Below are positions 31,689-47,552 of a DNA stretch of 64,000 nt, one piece after another. The stretch comes from Chrysomallon squamiferum. Its lineage: Eukaryota; Animalia; Mollusca. The position numbers and the translations under genes are program-made. The stretch spans positions 4,650,001 through 4,714,000 of the forward strand of contig CM022668.1 in the NCBI GenBank assembly GCA_012295275.1, in the 5' to 3' direction. The notes beneath the pieces were generated by a model. That model was not told the DNA's origin. It did not search any database and saw only the letters and a list, made by a program, of their open reading frames with translations. Each line of letters begins with the position of its first letter. Within the stretch, counting starts at the first letter, position 1.

Positions 31689-31719
<31 letters not shown>

Positions 31720-32419
31720 TTATTATTATTATTATTGTTATACTATAAATTAGAATTACATATTTATATTGTGAAAGATGAATTTAATGGACAGTGTATA
31801 TACTGAGGTTTTCTTTTTACTATAATTATTATTTTTAGCAACAGATGTTTTATGTTCCATTGAACTGTATTATGCTATTTCTTTTTAATAAAATTCGATT
31901 AGATTGCTGAAAGTAAAATATACTTTGGTACACACATTCTTATAAACAGATATTAACACACACAGACAGACAGAGAGACGAGTGTATATACTAATGTTTG
32001 ACTTTACTATGTATACGTATTTTCATGTATTCGTATATATATACCGAAGACCGTAGCATTTGATTTCTTCCCTGTGAGGTGAATAGTAAAAATATAATTT
32101 ATGTGGCAGGGTGTGTTTTATGAACTTATATACACAGTCATACAACATATGCATACATATACATATCCATACACATAAACAAACATAAATACACGCACAA
32201 ATTTGGCTATTGCTACAATAGAGTATTACATTTTATGTTTGACTGCGCGACTCAACAGAAAACGATTTTTAATTTTTTATTTTTTTTCCCTTCTATTACG
32301 TTATTTAAACGTCACGTATTTTGTAATGCCTAACGAGGGTAAAAAAAAAGAAAGAAAAAAAAGCGAATTGAGAGCCAAGGAATATAATTTGTCACTTTGT
32401 CAGACATCTCCCTGCTTTC

Positions 32420-32453
<34 letters not shown>

Positions 32454-32653
32454 TAAAAAAGAAACAAGAAAAAAATAGGACAGAAGATCATTTATCATTA
32501 GTGTGTCAAAGTATTCCGAAGACTGTAGTATTTGATTTCCTCCCTGTGAGATGAATAGTCAAAAAATAACTGACTAATTGCAACTATAGGTTTCAGTGAT
32601 TAAGCTTGTGATATAAAATAAGTCATATGTTCATTTTATTTATCTCTTCAATG

Positions 32654-32695
<42 letters not shown>

Positions 32696-32861
32696 ATTTT
32701 TTACTATTTTATTTTATTTATTTGATAGTGATTATTATTATTATTATTAGTAGTAGTAGTAGTAGTAGCAGTAGTAGTAATTGTAATTTCTATTCTAGTG
32801 TATATTCTAGTATTTCCTGAAAGCTTCCTGTAAATAGAGAGAGAAAAATATAAATAAGCAC

Positions 32862-32919
<58 letters not shown>

Positions 32920-33202
32920 AACTGAAATAACAATTTAATTGTAAGATATATATGGTTCTGAGAAAAATGTATCAGTTTACAACTAAAGCCAGGTATCTGT
33001 CATCAAAACCGTCATTCAAAAACAAACGGTGCGTAACGTAGACTGGTCGACTTCATTAATTACGTTAAATAAATAATGAACAACGTACGGTGGAAACTAC
33101 TTCCGCAATGACAAATGAATCTTTTATCAATAAACCCAACCTGTAAAGATCTGTACAGAAAAAACATTATCTTACAAAATAAAGAGACAATTCTGTGAAG
33201 AA

Positions 33203-33233
<31 letters not shown>

Positions 33234-33382
33234 CAAACAACTAAATATAAAAATAAAAAATGAAGAAGAAGAAAAGAAAAGAAAGAAAGAAAGAAGTGAA
33301 ATTATGCGAATAATGAATCCACTGCTGTTGTCTTTTTTCTTTATATTGAGGAGGCGGGGGCTTATACGCTTCATATAATAAA

Positions 33383-33434
<52 letters not shown>

Positions 33435-33814
33435 GATTTGTAAATGTAAAAATTAAACGGTTTTTACAGTGAAAATAAACCAAAACATTCTAAAAATACA
33501 GTAATGAAAGAAACCTTACAAAACTGAAATAGAAATCAGAAACAAATTTTAAAAAACAATAATAATAATAAAATAAAAAAAAATAAAAAAAAATAAAATA
33601 AAATAAAATAAATAAATAAATAAATAAATAAAAAAAAAAAAACAAAAACAGAAAAAAACAACAACATTGCATTAAATCGTTAATTTATTGCTGCTTCGCT
33701 ATAATTATGTAAATGCATTATGAAGTGTCAAAAATATCGGCATATTTTCTCTGGGTTTTAGTTAAAATCGTTAGTTTTAGACTTGAAGCTAACAAGTACA
33801 ATAATTGTGCAGTT

Positions 33815-33886
33815 TGCGCATGCGCGTTGTTAACAGAAATTTTACTAATAAAATAACGTTTTGCTCCGATATGTTACCATAGATAC
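33815..33886. promoter_or_regulatory. NRF1-like TGCGCATGCGC plus X-box-like GTTACCATAGATAC; promoter/enhancer-like island
   Basis: Motifs at 33815..33825 and 33873..33886, in a CpG-containing island. Confidence 0.35.
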
Positions 33887-35274
33887 AGGCGAGACATATT
33901 AACAACATGGCCTCATGCAACAAAGGACCTGTAAGAATTGTACGATAATCTTTCTGTTTATTAATCCACAATTTTATATAATTTTATACTTATATAATTA
34001 CGTAATTATTTGCTAGATCAGATATAAAAAACGTTATACCAAAAATCTCTGTGGTCAGTTCTGCTTACCAAATCAAGCGGTTTTTCTTTCTCCTTTTCTT
34101 GTTATTCATTCATCGGTGATCATCGAAAATGTTCCTTGTTTAAAAAAAATTATAATAGCATTATTAAAGCTGTGAAAAATATAAACATCACCGTGATACA
34201 AATACAGCGATGATAAAATTGTAATCACGAATGTGAACAAAAATTAGAGAGAAGAGAAGATTATGACACGAAAGTAAAACATAATAATAATAAGAAGAAG
34301 AAGAAGAAGAAGAAGAATAGTAATAATGATGATGATGATGATGATGATAATGGTGTTGATGATGGTGAAGATGATGATAGTGATGACGACGACAACGACA
34401 ACAACAACAACAACGTCAACGTCAACAGCAATAATAATAATATTCAAAGACAACTAGTCTCGTTTCATATAAAAACAAGGAACATATTCACCGGATGACT
34501 GATAGACCAAACAGGCTGAAAGCTAGATTTCTTGACAAGGAATAGGTTGGTTTGATAATATACCACAGAGAGCTTAGACACAGATGTATGATATATTTTT
34601 TATATTCATTAAAATCATAACAAGACAAATCATAACATGATTCATTAAAATCATAATCCTGCTAACAAGGCGGAAACACAAACTGTAGGTTTTATATTAA
34701 CAAATAATAAAGTTAAATAACAACCGAACTGAAATCCTTAGAAAACAGAGGCGCACGCAAGATTTCAGAAAACCAAAAAAAAAATAATAATAAAAAATAA
34801 AATAAAATAAAAATATAAATAAAAATAAACAAACAAAACAAACAAACAAATGAATAAATAAATTTTATGGTATATTTTTCAAGATTAAACATAAAAATAA
34901 AGAAAAAAAAAAAACGTCTGCCAAAAGTGAGGACATGTACACCATTGTGTCTGAAAAACTGATTGTATTTTATCAAATCAGTCAAAAACATTATCCTAAA
35001 CTGTTTGAAATAAAGCTTAAAATGTCACACAACAATGTATATTTGAAAGCTTTTTCGATATTCAGGTTATTTGGAAACTAGAAACCTTGTCCATTAGCCG
35101 TCTTTAATCTGTAACCTAATTCTGAAAAGTATTGATTGGGGAAAATGGTACCATCTCGGAAATACAGTTTTTCTAATTAATTAATTTTGAAACAAAAAAA
35201 AAAATTGTTAATCATTATTCAAGCGATTTATTGCTGTGGTTTTTCAGTTTGTCTCGTTTTGACTCTCTGTCTGT

Positions 35275-35352
<78 letters not shown>

Positions 35353-35816
35353 GTAGATGTGGTTATGGTCGTGGCTGATATTATTAATGTAACCTACTGC
35401 GAAAGGCACGTGACAAAGTGAAATATATTTATGTCATTGTCTCTTTCAATCTCTCTCTCCCCATTTTTTTTTTTTTTTTTTTAAATTTATTTAAATTTTT
35501 TAATATTATTATTTTATTAGATTTTAAAATAAAAAATTAAAATTAAAATATGGTTCAACATATATGAAAGAGAGACATACAGACAAAAACAAACATAGAC
35601 ACACAAAAAAGGTTTATTTTTATTATTAGCCAGATATTATTTTTATTGTTGTTGTTATTCTACTATTCAAATTAATGTGTCAGTAAATCTTAATACACGC
35701 ATACATTAATAGAAATCAATTTAAAATACAGTATACAAATACATACATTACTGTTTATAAAAATATAAGTTTTTATCAATAACTGAAAAAAATTTAGTAT
35801 ATATGTTACACATGAT

Positions 35817-35906
<90 letters not shown>

Positions 35907-37127
35907 GCAACGGTAAATTTATTAAATAAACTCTTCTTTCACTTTTTATATAATATTATTAGCCAATGATATTACATCGCAGCCATTACGTAATTTCCGC
36001 TCGCGTTCCACACACGAACATGAACTGTGTTAACCTACAGCTGACCCTGGCGGCGCTTTGTTGTATTAACTTCATTAACGACAGCTACTGAAATTATTAC
36101 AAGCTTATAAAATGAAAGCGAGAAATTCCTTTGATCTTGTGTAAGATGCCACCATCGCCTTATTGATTTTTTTAATTTTTTTTTATTAATTCCAGTTATG
36201 TGCATTTTAAAAATAGAATAAAATACAAAAAATGAAATAAATAAGATAAAATAAACGAAAAGAAAAATGTAATAGTAATAATAAATAAATAAATAAATAT
36301 AATCAGCTATGATTCTTGTATGATTATGTAGTACAAAAAGCAAATATCGGGAGTGAAATACTGTAAAAAGAATTAATGTTATTTTAAGCTACTGAAAGAA
36401 AAACGAAGTAAATACAATAAAATAAAATAATGGATAATGTGTTTGAGAAAGTGAACAGAATAATAATAACCATAATCATAGCAACATTATCATGATCAAT
36501 AACAGCAACAACGACAATAATAATAATTAGGGGGGAAAATGCATCACAACAAATTATAATTAATTAAAAAACCAGTCAATAATAAAAAAAAAAAATAAGA
36601 GAATGTATAAGAAAAGCAATCGACGCATAAAAGAATAAAATAATAATAATAAAAAGAAGAAGAAGAAGAAGAAGAAGAAAGAATAATAAAAAAAATAAAT
36701 AAATAAATAAATAAATACAACCTTTGATGTCTGGAATTCCAATATAATTTCACTGATAAATTAAATAACTGGATAATTTAAAAAAAATTAAAAACGTTAT
36801 TTCTATACCACGTGCATCCGACATTCAGTACAGAAACGTCACAATAGAATTAAGACACAGTACTGTGACGTCATCATAACCTCGCTGTTACACAGTTATT
36901 ACTTTTCAATCCAAGTAACTCAAGATTTCAGTTAGGGGTTAAAAAAAACTACAACAAACGTACACATCGTCCCCTCTCCTCTCAAAAAAAGGAGAAGAAT
37001 ATACCTAATTTTAGAGGAATGTTACCATTGATTTGTACACTGCTTAACCTCATTTGCAACCGAAATTTGTATATTAGGTAGGTAGGCTGTCTGTTAGCCT
37101 GTTTTAGTGGGTGTATGAACGTATGTA

Positions 37128-37186
<59 letters not shown>

Positions 37187-37789
37187 GTTTATGTATTTGT
37201 GCATGTTTGTTTGTGTCTGTATGTGTGTATATATATAGAGATATATACATAGACAGATAGATATAGATATATATATATATATATAGATAGATAGATATAT
37301 GTATATATATGTACATGTTATTTACGTAATATTATGTATGTTATATATCTATTTTAAGTTAGAATACACACACAACAATCTGACAAGAACGAGGCATTAA
37401 CAACGACTCCTAAATTTCTTAAACCTCGTTTATTACGACGCGTAACAATGAGTATATGAGTCCAGTTTCTACGCGGGTTTTAAAAGAGAGCCACGGAAAA
37501 CACCGAACCGATCCGAACACTCTTCTTTGACGTCTGCTAATCTGGCGAATCGTGTCGGCTGTTTCTAGCCACAATTGGACATCATTATAAATGTGACGCC
37601 TTAAATTCCATTACAGCTAACCGCGCCGCGAATGTAATCATTTTCTGGCTTTAAACATGAGACATCTCGGAAATGAAAAATGACAGCTTCTGAGGTGGAA
37701 AAAAAGAAGATGAAGAACAAGGAATTAATTCTCACATTGTTAAAATGTTTACGTTATGATAAAAGGTTTCGTTGATTGGTAGTATTGGA

Positions 37790-38330
37790 GAATGTAAAAT
37801 AGTAGAGTAGAAAAAGGTAATAATAGTAGAGTAGTAATTTTAGTAGTAGTAGTATGAATCGAAAAATTAGTAAGAGTTGTAGTAGTAGTGGTAGTAGTAG
37901 TAGTAGTTGTAATAGTAGGATTATTATTATTATTAGTAGTAATAGTATAAAAAGTAATAATAGCACAGAAGTAATTTTAGTAGTAGCAGTAATAGTGGTA
38001 GTAACAGTAATAGTAATGACGTAGTAGTATATGTAATAGTAGTAGAATTAGTAGTAGTAGTAGTAGTTATAATAGTAATAGTAGTAGTAGTAGCAGTACT
38101 AATGGTAGTTGTAGTAGTAGTAACAGTAGTAATAATATTAGTAGTAGTAATAGTAGTAGTAGTAGTAATAGTAGTAACAGTAGTAGTAGTAATAGTAGTA
38201 GTAGTAGTAGTAGTACTAATAGTAGTAGTAGTAATAGTAGTAGTACTAGTAGTAGTAGTAATAGTAGTAGTAATAGTAATAGTAGTAATAGTAGTAGTAG
38301 TGGTACTCATGGTAATAACAGTAACAGCAA
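37790..38330. repeat. (TAG/TAA)n low-complexity trinucleotide tract
   Basis: Source of the spurious poly-T and poly-V ORFs. Confidence 0.9.
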
Positions 38331-38586
38331 AATAATTATATTGAAGAAAAACAGTTTTTTATATGTATTATCATTTAATTAAGAAAACTGATATGAGTCA
38401 TGGTTAATTTAGATCGTATTTCAAACAATGTAATGATTACTAATATTAGAATTTTATACAGCAAATCTGTTTACAAGATGGTGCCAGATACATCAATAGT
38501 GTACGGAATTAGGTTACCTCGGAAACTGAAACTAGAACATTAGGATGAATTGAAATGAAGATATAAAGGTCCGAACTTAAAAAAAA

Positions 38587-38631
<45 letters not shown>

Positions 38632-39825
38632 CACAACAATAACATGATGATAATAACAAGAATAATTATAACAGTAACAATAATATTTTAGAATAAAATA
38701 ATTTTTAAATACAATGAATTTATTGGAATATTTTTGATAATTAATTGATTGTAGTAGTAAATAGATGAATAATATCTTCTTCTTCGTTTTCTTCTACGCC
38801 ATTCAAGTATATAAAATCACTCAACTGTCAGAAATCCGTGTTCAAATAAGAATTTTAAAAGAATCATCTTCATACCGTATTCGAATATTTCGTAATTTTC
38901 CGTGAAAACGACATTTTCCGAAAAGACCGCCTGTACTCACGTAACTAATAATTAAAGCATCATATTTACCAATATTTTGGATTGATCCGGTATACGTGTA
39001 TGTGTGTGTTTGTGTGTGAGTGTGTCTAAACTAAAAGAAACATAACAGACATAAAAACAACAGACAGATTTATAGAATCGATAAATCTTATATTTTAATT
39101 TTTGGTTGTTGTTGTTGTTGTTATTGTTTGTTTATTACCCCATATATAACTTTCCTAAGAATAAACTTTAATCAAAACTAATTTTCCATTTACTGGCTCA
39201 GAAAATATTTAGTAATTATAATACAGCTTTCACTCTAGCTTATACTAATAGTTGAATATTTTGTCTTTATTGTAAAATAAAAACTAGCAAACAAAAAAAA
39301 CAATTGTATATTTCATCCATTAACGTATAATAGTTATTATTATAATTATTGTTGTTTTTGTTGTTGATGTTGTTGTTGCTGTTGTTGTTGATGTTCTTGT
39401 TGCTGCTGATGCTGCTCTTATTATTACCACTATTACTATTAGCATAAGTGTAGTATTATTAGCATCATCATCATTATTATAATTATTTATTTATTTATTT
39501 ATTTATTTATATTTACTTAAATAATTCTTTCATTGCTGTTTTGTAACGTAAACCTAAAGTTCCATTTCGCACTATGAGGTACTGACCTGAAGCGGAAACG
39601 TATATTAGATAAAAATAAAGTGTTTGCTTATTTCAGTCACACAGAGTATATTTTACTTTGTGTAATTAAAGTTTATGCAGTTTTACGTACAGAGAAAATC
39701 TGTTTATTTAATACTTATTTTTTATTTCTCAAGTTTAAGAGCGGCAACAGATGCTGGAGATAAAAAAAATATTTGAAATAATCCTTAAATTGTTTGTCAG
39801 TGTGAAAATAATGTTAAATCAGCAA

Positions 39826-39856
<31 letters not shown>

Positions 39857-40405
39857 CAACAACAAAAGCAATAATAATAACAATAATGATGATGATGATA
39901 ATGATGATGATGATGATAATAATAACAATGATGATGATAATGATAATGATAACAACATCAACAACAAGAATTAAAACAATGATGTAAGTAAATAAATAAA
40001 TAATAGCTACAACATCAACTGCAACAACAACTATGTCAGTAATAACAACAACAACAGTAATAGAAATAATATATTAATAAATAAATTATAAACTGAACAA
40101 TGGGCCGTATATTAACATAAAGTAATCCAATTTAGTAAAGTTACAAAGAACAAAACAGCGTATGGTAAACTGAAAATGCGCAAAGTAAAATTATTTAATA
40201 TAATACAGAAAAAAGGAATATAGGTGAAAGCGTAATAAAATAGAATAAAATAAAATAAAATAAAGTGGGAAATGAAAAGAAAGAAATGGAAAACAATTTT
40301 TAAAAAACAATTAAAAAAAAGAGCACCAACAAACGAAACAATTTAAAGGTCTAAATCATCAGCAGCAGCAGCAGCAACAACAACCACAACAACTAATAAT
40401 AATAA

Positions 40406-40436
<31 letters not shown>

Positions 40437-40475
40437 ATGATGATGAAAAAGAAAATTTGCATATTAAAAAGGGGA

Positions 40476-40519
<44 letters not shown>

Positions 40520-41265
40520 TTATATTCTTTAAAAGATGTCATGTTACGTAATCGTAGTTATAAAACGTCACCTTATCTCTATGGCAACAGTTCAACAACC
40601 TATGAAACCAGTAATTTGAGCTTTGTCTTCGATTGGCTGATTTATTGTTATTATTATTATTATCATTATTATCATTATTATTATTATTATTATTTTACAG
40701 ATTTATGGCATTTCTGTTCGTTATATAATTTTTGTCGTAATTTTTTCGTTTTGATTATTAGTTGTGTAAAATTACAGTGTTTGATACATAACCTACATTG
40801 GACTGAACTGAACTTCGAGGTGAACAGCAAATAAGGGTCGATATTTTCAGGTTTGCTTATCTTATTACATATTGTTTTATATACTTATTTTGGATATACA
40901 CTGCACAGAAAATGACGAAATTACTACGTATTTTATATAAATATTCATCTGTATATCAATATATATGTATGTATGTGTGCATGTCTGTATATGTGAGTAT
41001 GTGTTGTGTGTGTGTTGATATATGTGTGTATATTTGTTCCTGTGTGCATTTATGTATGTCTGTATGTTATTATATATCTGTCTGTATGTATGTATGCATG
41101 TTTGTATGTACTTATGTGTGTGTATGTATGTATGTATGTATGTATGTATGTGTGTATGCATGTATGTATGTATGTATGTGTGTGTGTATATTCGTATGTG
41201 TTTATTTATGTCTATTTATGGACACGCATAAATACAATACTGAAGAATACACGCATAAATACAAT

Positions 41266-41608
41266 ACTACCCTTTCCACACAGACACACAATGAACTACC
41301 CTTTCCACTCAGACATACAATGAACAACCCTTTCCACACAGACATACAATGAACTACCCTTTCCACACAGACACACAATGAACTACCCTTTCCACTCAGA
41401 CATACAATGAACTACCCTTTCCACTCAGACATACAATGAACAACCCTTTCCACTCAGACATACAATGAACTACCCTTTCCACTCAGACATACAATGAACA
41501 ACCCTTTCCACACAGACACACAATGAACTACCCTTTCCACTCAGACATACAATGAACTACCCTTTCCACAAAGACACACAATGAACTACCCTTTCCACTC
41601 AGACACAC
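41266..41608. repeat. 29-bp minisatellite, ~12 copies
   Basis: Unit actaccctttccactcagacatacaatga. Confidence 0.93.
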
Positions 41609-42982
41609 TAAATCAAACGAAACTACCGTCACTAACTTAAACACAAATTTAAACTTTAAGGAATAACAAATGAGCACAGGCAATTACTCACGTAAATGAT
41701 TTGGACGCAATGCCGAAGACAGCCTTTTTTTTTCTTTTCTTTTTGTTTTTGTTAGAAAAAAAGTAAAGAAAATTAGCTTTCATTAACAGCAATTCTTGAT
41801 TTACGAGACAGATGTGTCTAGCGAAAAGTTCTTGCAAACAAAAAAATCGTTTATATCGATAATAATTATGAGAATAATGAATACAGAAAGAAGAAAACAC
41901 ATGTGTGACTTCGAGTTTATTATCTCAAATTCATTGTGACGTCGTATTAATACTTCAGCATGAATACAAATATCAAGAGACTTTTGTCCTTCTGTGAAAT
42001 TAAATAATAATGATTATTATTATTATTATTTGTTAAATAATAAAGTAAAATAAAATAAGCAAAGAGCCCTGATTCAAATTTGATAGGAAAAGGACGGCAG
42101 AAAATCGAAATTTGTTCACTGGTAAGCAGTTTGTGCTGAAAATGAGTCGGTCGCTTAGTAACGAAAATTGACACCCTTTTTGCACAAAAACAAAATACTA
42201 ACTTAAGTCGAATTCTCCAGAGAAAAGGGGGTGAAGTGAAAAGAAGAAGAAGAAAAAGAACTAAATGTCTTCTAAACGACTAACGTCATTTGCGTTCATG
42301 TCATCCTGTGGATTTGCATACCTTACTGTGAACCGTTTTAACTAAACGCTAATGTGGTTCTCCGTGTTGTCGTACAGTGGCTAAATGCGATTCATCAGGC
42401 GATTCTCTAATTCTGTTCTTTTTTTCTCTTTTCGTTTTTAACTTGAAAATGCTCTTAAGCTAAGACATTAAACCAGGATATTCACTTAACATTACGTTTG
42501 TTTTTCTTTCTTTCTTTTATTCCTTTTTTCTTTCTTCCTTTCATTTTCATTTTTCAACAGGTGACGTATAAACATGCAGACTGTATGTTTTGTTCTTGTT
42601 TTTTTCTCTACATTTTGAACTTTTTATTTTTTTTTTTTATACGTTTACACACACACACATATACACACATCGACAAACACAAACACAATGTATATCATTT
42701 TGTACATGTTGTGTATGTAATATAAATGAAATTTCTTTTAATATTCAGTATTGATAAAGACTCATATTCTTGTAAAGAATGATGTGGGTAGGGTTATATT
42801 GTATTTCAAATTGATTTCTGTTAACGTATGCATTTACTAAGATTTAAATATGTTTATTTCTCGAGTTAATTTGAATAACAGAACAACAGTAACAACAACA
42901 AGAAGCTGATGATAACAATAAAGTATTACTTTAATTTTGCTAACACTTCAAAGATGATCGATAAGACTCTCTATCTCTGTCT

Positions 42983-43365
<383 letters not shown>

Positions 43366-44294
43366 CTGTGTGTGTGTGTATATATATAATATCTCGTCTA
43401 TCTCTTTATCTCTCTTTCTCCGTCTTTCTTTCTTTTTTTTTTTTCTCTCACACACACATACATACAAATAGTCCCATACAGACACTACCCGCGTAAGCTG
43501 TCGTTTCTCCATTTTCCTTTTACGCAGATTACAATTACGAACGTCAGAACAATGTCACAAGTTGTCTCTTTACTTTCATACCCAAGCAGTTTGGAATTAA
43601 GTTCCGCGGTTATGGCGGAAGCCCAATTTTCTAAGCGCTGGATATGAAAAAGAGGAGGATATTGCTTTCACCTTTAATAATGCAACAGGGCAATCCAATC
43701 TAATTCACAGTGTGTTTGAACACGTGTCATTCGCATCCAATTTACCACGTGCTTTAATTTCATTTGTCAAGGCCAGTGACGTCACGAATCTCGCTTCCGA
43801 GGAAATAATGTAGTCTGAACGGTAATTAAGATTATGCAGAATTTTTCGTGTGACCGAATACTATATGAAATACTACTGAAAATATCCTGATTGTGTACAA
43901 ATGCATTTGTCATATGTTGTAACATGTTCGTTATACACTCATACACGCACATACACATACCTGCGTAATTATATATACTTATACATGCATAATTACATAC
44001 ATGTATAAAACATGTACACATACACACATAAAGACATACACAATAACATTATACACACATACACACACAGATATATATACACACACCAATACATATATAT
44101 ATATACACACAAACACACCTACAGGATAACGTTATATATACATACACATACATACAACCACACAGACAGACAAATGTACAACGTATTAAAAAAATTGTTT
44201 TAAATATGAGCGGTAACAAACTAAATGACTCTTTTCAATAAAAGCTTGTCTTTGGTCAGTACGTAATAATAATATTAATAATAATAATAATAAT

Positions 44295-44333
<39 letters not shown>

Positions 44334-45323
44334 TGTTATTATTGAGGATCAGGATCGTAGAAATCTCAATAGCTGTGTTTTAAAACAAATTCCTTCTCTA
44401 AATTACCAATTCTGTACTCAACGTTTTTAAGATAAATGCACTTTTATATCAAAAGATTCAATGGCGGCAACTGTTTAATTATCTTTGGGGTTTTTTAGTT
44501 TTTTTTTTTTTTTTCTTGTTTATTTTTATTTATTTATTTTTTTTTTAACTTTCATAAACGCTCAATGGTCTTCTGTATGTATTCCTTCTGAAAAAAAAAA
44601 AAAAAAAAAACAAACAACAACAACAACAACAACCATAATAATAAAAAAGAATCATTCGGGTTTTTCATTGCCATACGTTGATAAAATAGCCATTCGTGTT
44701 CTACATTTATTTTAATTACAACGTGCATTAGTGCTGCGGTTCAATTTCCTTTATGTGGTACTTCAAAGTTATCGAGACTTTTAGGCGCCAAATGAAGTCT
44801 TTATAAAATATGCCGGCGTCTCATTTCTGTTACGTGTTTTACCCATTAAAGAATGCTTGCGATCGTTTCATTACGTAATTTACATTTCCGAGTTATTGTT
44901 TTATTACTTTCTACCAGAATTTTTCTAATATGACAATATGATATGCCCAAAATTACACGGACGCTGCCATTTTGTACAATTAAGTGAGGTAGTTGTGACG
45001 TCAACAATAGACAGATAGGTCATTCGTTGTGGTGGTTTCGTGTCGTGAAATAAGAATATATTGCAGAGAAAGTCTGTGATGAGGTATGGAGGATTAGTGT
45101 TACAAGCGACAATGAATCGGATTATTGAATTTCTTCAGAAATAACAAGATATACACTACTAAGAATTATATACCTTTTATGGAAAGAATATTATTTATTT
45201 GCTGAATATTGCTATTGTTTTCCAATTTATTTTTATAGTATTATTTGTTTAATACTTAATCATTTTCAACTTCTGTCACTTTCAGGTTGTACTAATCAAG
45301 ACCTCACTGCAAACAATGAATAG

Positions 45324-46025
45324 ATGTCGCATGTGAATTCAACGTCATTTCCGGTCACCAGCGTTAAATTTCCACTTCTATGGATTCCATACGTTTTGAT
45401 CGCGGTTATCTTCATAACATTTTTAGGAATCAACTTCTGGTGTTACCACAAACGGAATCGACAAAAATATCTTCGAAAACGCGAAGAAAAGCGAATGAGA
45501 GACGGACTTTACGAAAGAAGGCGAATTATGACGTTAATGCGTTCGCATTTTCAAATCAAAACGCCCTCGATCGAAAGCGTCGATACTGCAATTCCTGACG
45601 TCAGTGAAGCGTCTGGAAACGATTGTGAAAGAAATACTACTTTCCAGATAGGTGATTCTGTTTTGTCACCTGTTCCCGAACTTACCAACAAATCAGACTG
45701 TTTCCCTTCAAAGATGTCTTCGAAACAAGTTTTTCTGAAACAGAAACAGTTATCAGCAGGGTCCGTTTTTGCCAGGGGATTAAGTAAAGAGAAAAAATGC
45801 GCACCACTCAACAGCTACCGGTCCTTTGACGTAAAGACAAATAAATATAGTAACACTTCATTAGGCTTTTACAATGGTAACCAAATAAACACGAGCACCG
45901 TTTTGCCAGGGGAGGCAACTTATTCTGACTGTTTAGTGAGCAGAATGAAAAACGATGATGATGCTGGATCGGTTTTAAACAAACGTATTAATAATTTCTT
46001 TAAAATGGACTCCACGGATCCGTGA
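45324..46025 (+). CDS. Uncharacterised single-pass membrane protein (233 aa, single coding exon)
   Basis: Complex-sequence ORF preceded by acceptor tttcag| at 45285 and a probable 5'UTR exon ending GAG|GTATGG at ~45083. Short N-terminus with an NST sequon, hydrophobic LLWIPYVLIAVIFITFLGINFW, a basic stop-transfer run HKRNRQKYLRKR, and a low-structure tail. Confidence 0.8.
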   Translation: MSHVNSTSFPVTSVKFPLLWIPYVLIAVIFITFLGINFWCYHKRNRQKYLRKREEKRMRDGLYERRRIMTLMRSHFQIKTPSIESVDTAIPDVSEASGNDCERNTTFQIGDSVLSPVPELTNKSDCFPSKMSSKQVFLKQKQLSAGSVFARGLSKEKKCAPLNSYRSFDVKTNKYSNTSLGFYNGNQINTSTVLPGEATYSDCLVSRMKNDDDAGSVLNKRINNFFKMDSTDP

Positions 46026-46851
46026 CGTCATAACAAGCATCTGAACATTTTGAACTATGTCGCTTTCATTTGTTTGATTACTACGCCATAAATTTGTAGT
46101 TTAGAACTGACAAAAACTGTCTTCCTCAACATTTTGCTGTGATCGAAATAATAATAATAATAATAATAAATAATAATAATAATAATAATAATAATCATAA
46201 TAATAATAAAATCAGTAAGTGATTTTCTTTTCGTATCATCAGTAAGGTCTTTATTCTTTTTGTATTAGTCAAACTGGCCTTCCTAATAATCCGGTAAATA
46301 AATAAATTAATTATGCAAGGAGGATAATAATAACACCACCAACAGCAACAGTAATAATAATAACAATAATACTAGCACATATCTGTTGCTGATATGGTCT
46401 TCATGCATTCACCTCACATGCTGATTATTTCCCTTTGAACAGATCTGCAGACGACAGCAAAATGCTGAGGAAACAGGTTGCACCAGAGCCTGGATCTTAA
46501 CTCCTACTTTACCTTGGAGAAAGGGGCACGATTCTTGTTATAACAATAGCAAGAAATGGATTAAAAATTATGTTATGCTATCACTAGTAGCAAGTTCGCA
46601 GAGTTAAGGGAGATAACCAAGTCTGCTGCTGGATAGCGTTTCCGAAAAGACATTATTTCTTTGAGTTGACTATTTCATCGGTCAATTCGAGACCTGGAGT
46701 AACAATTAATTTCATGGGCTGAAATAAGATACAATCTCTAAACAACATTTCTTTATTTAGATTTGCTCCAAAATGAATTACTCTTAATTTGATTTTAGTT
46801 TTTTCAATATATATATATCTATATCTATCTATCTATCTATCTATATATCGA

Positions 46852-46882
<31 letters not shown>

Positions 46883-46901
46883 ATATATATATATATATAT
46901 A

Positions 46902-46938
<37 letters not shown>

Positions 46939-47432
46939 GTATATAGCTATATATATATATATATATATATATAAATGTATATATGTATATATATATAGCT
47001 ATATATATGTATATAGTTTTTATCTCTAAATTTGAAATAATTAAAAAATTTATGTTTTACATTTACAAATAGTTTTATGATGCAATTAATATTTAATTTT
47101 AACTGTCTGTACTGGGAATCAGATTATTTATTTATTTATTTCAAAACTATTTTTATACGCTATTTGTAAATTGATCTATTCAGTTTTTTAATTTTTATTT
47201 ATTAATTTATTTTTTACCATACTGCCAAAATATCGTATTAAATTGTACAAAATATTGCCTCAGAATTTCGTATTTGCTCAAATTATTAATCTGAATACTT
47301 GCATGTATATGTTTGTATTGGCATTTTTAATATAAAATAACAACATAACATGTCAATGCGGATAAACAGAAGTCGCCATTTTCCCGGAAGTTATTTTTGG
47401 TTTCTTTATTATTATTATTTTATTTATTTATT

Positions 47433-47511
<79 letters not shown>

Positions 47512-47521
47512 TTTTATAACC

Positions 47522-47552
<31 letters not shown>

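Noticed and set aside
34068-34108. Minus-strand mini-exon MNNKKRRKKNRLI followed by GTAAGC
   Set aside because: I could not find a downstream in-frame coding exon. Joining to the acceptor at ~25650 gives an immediate stop.
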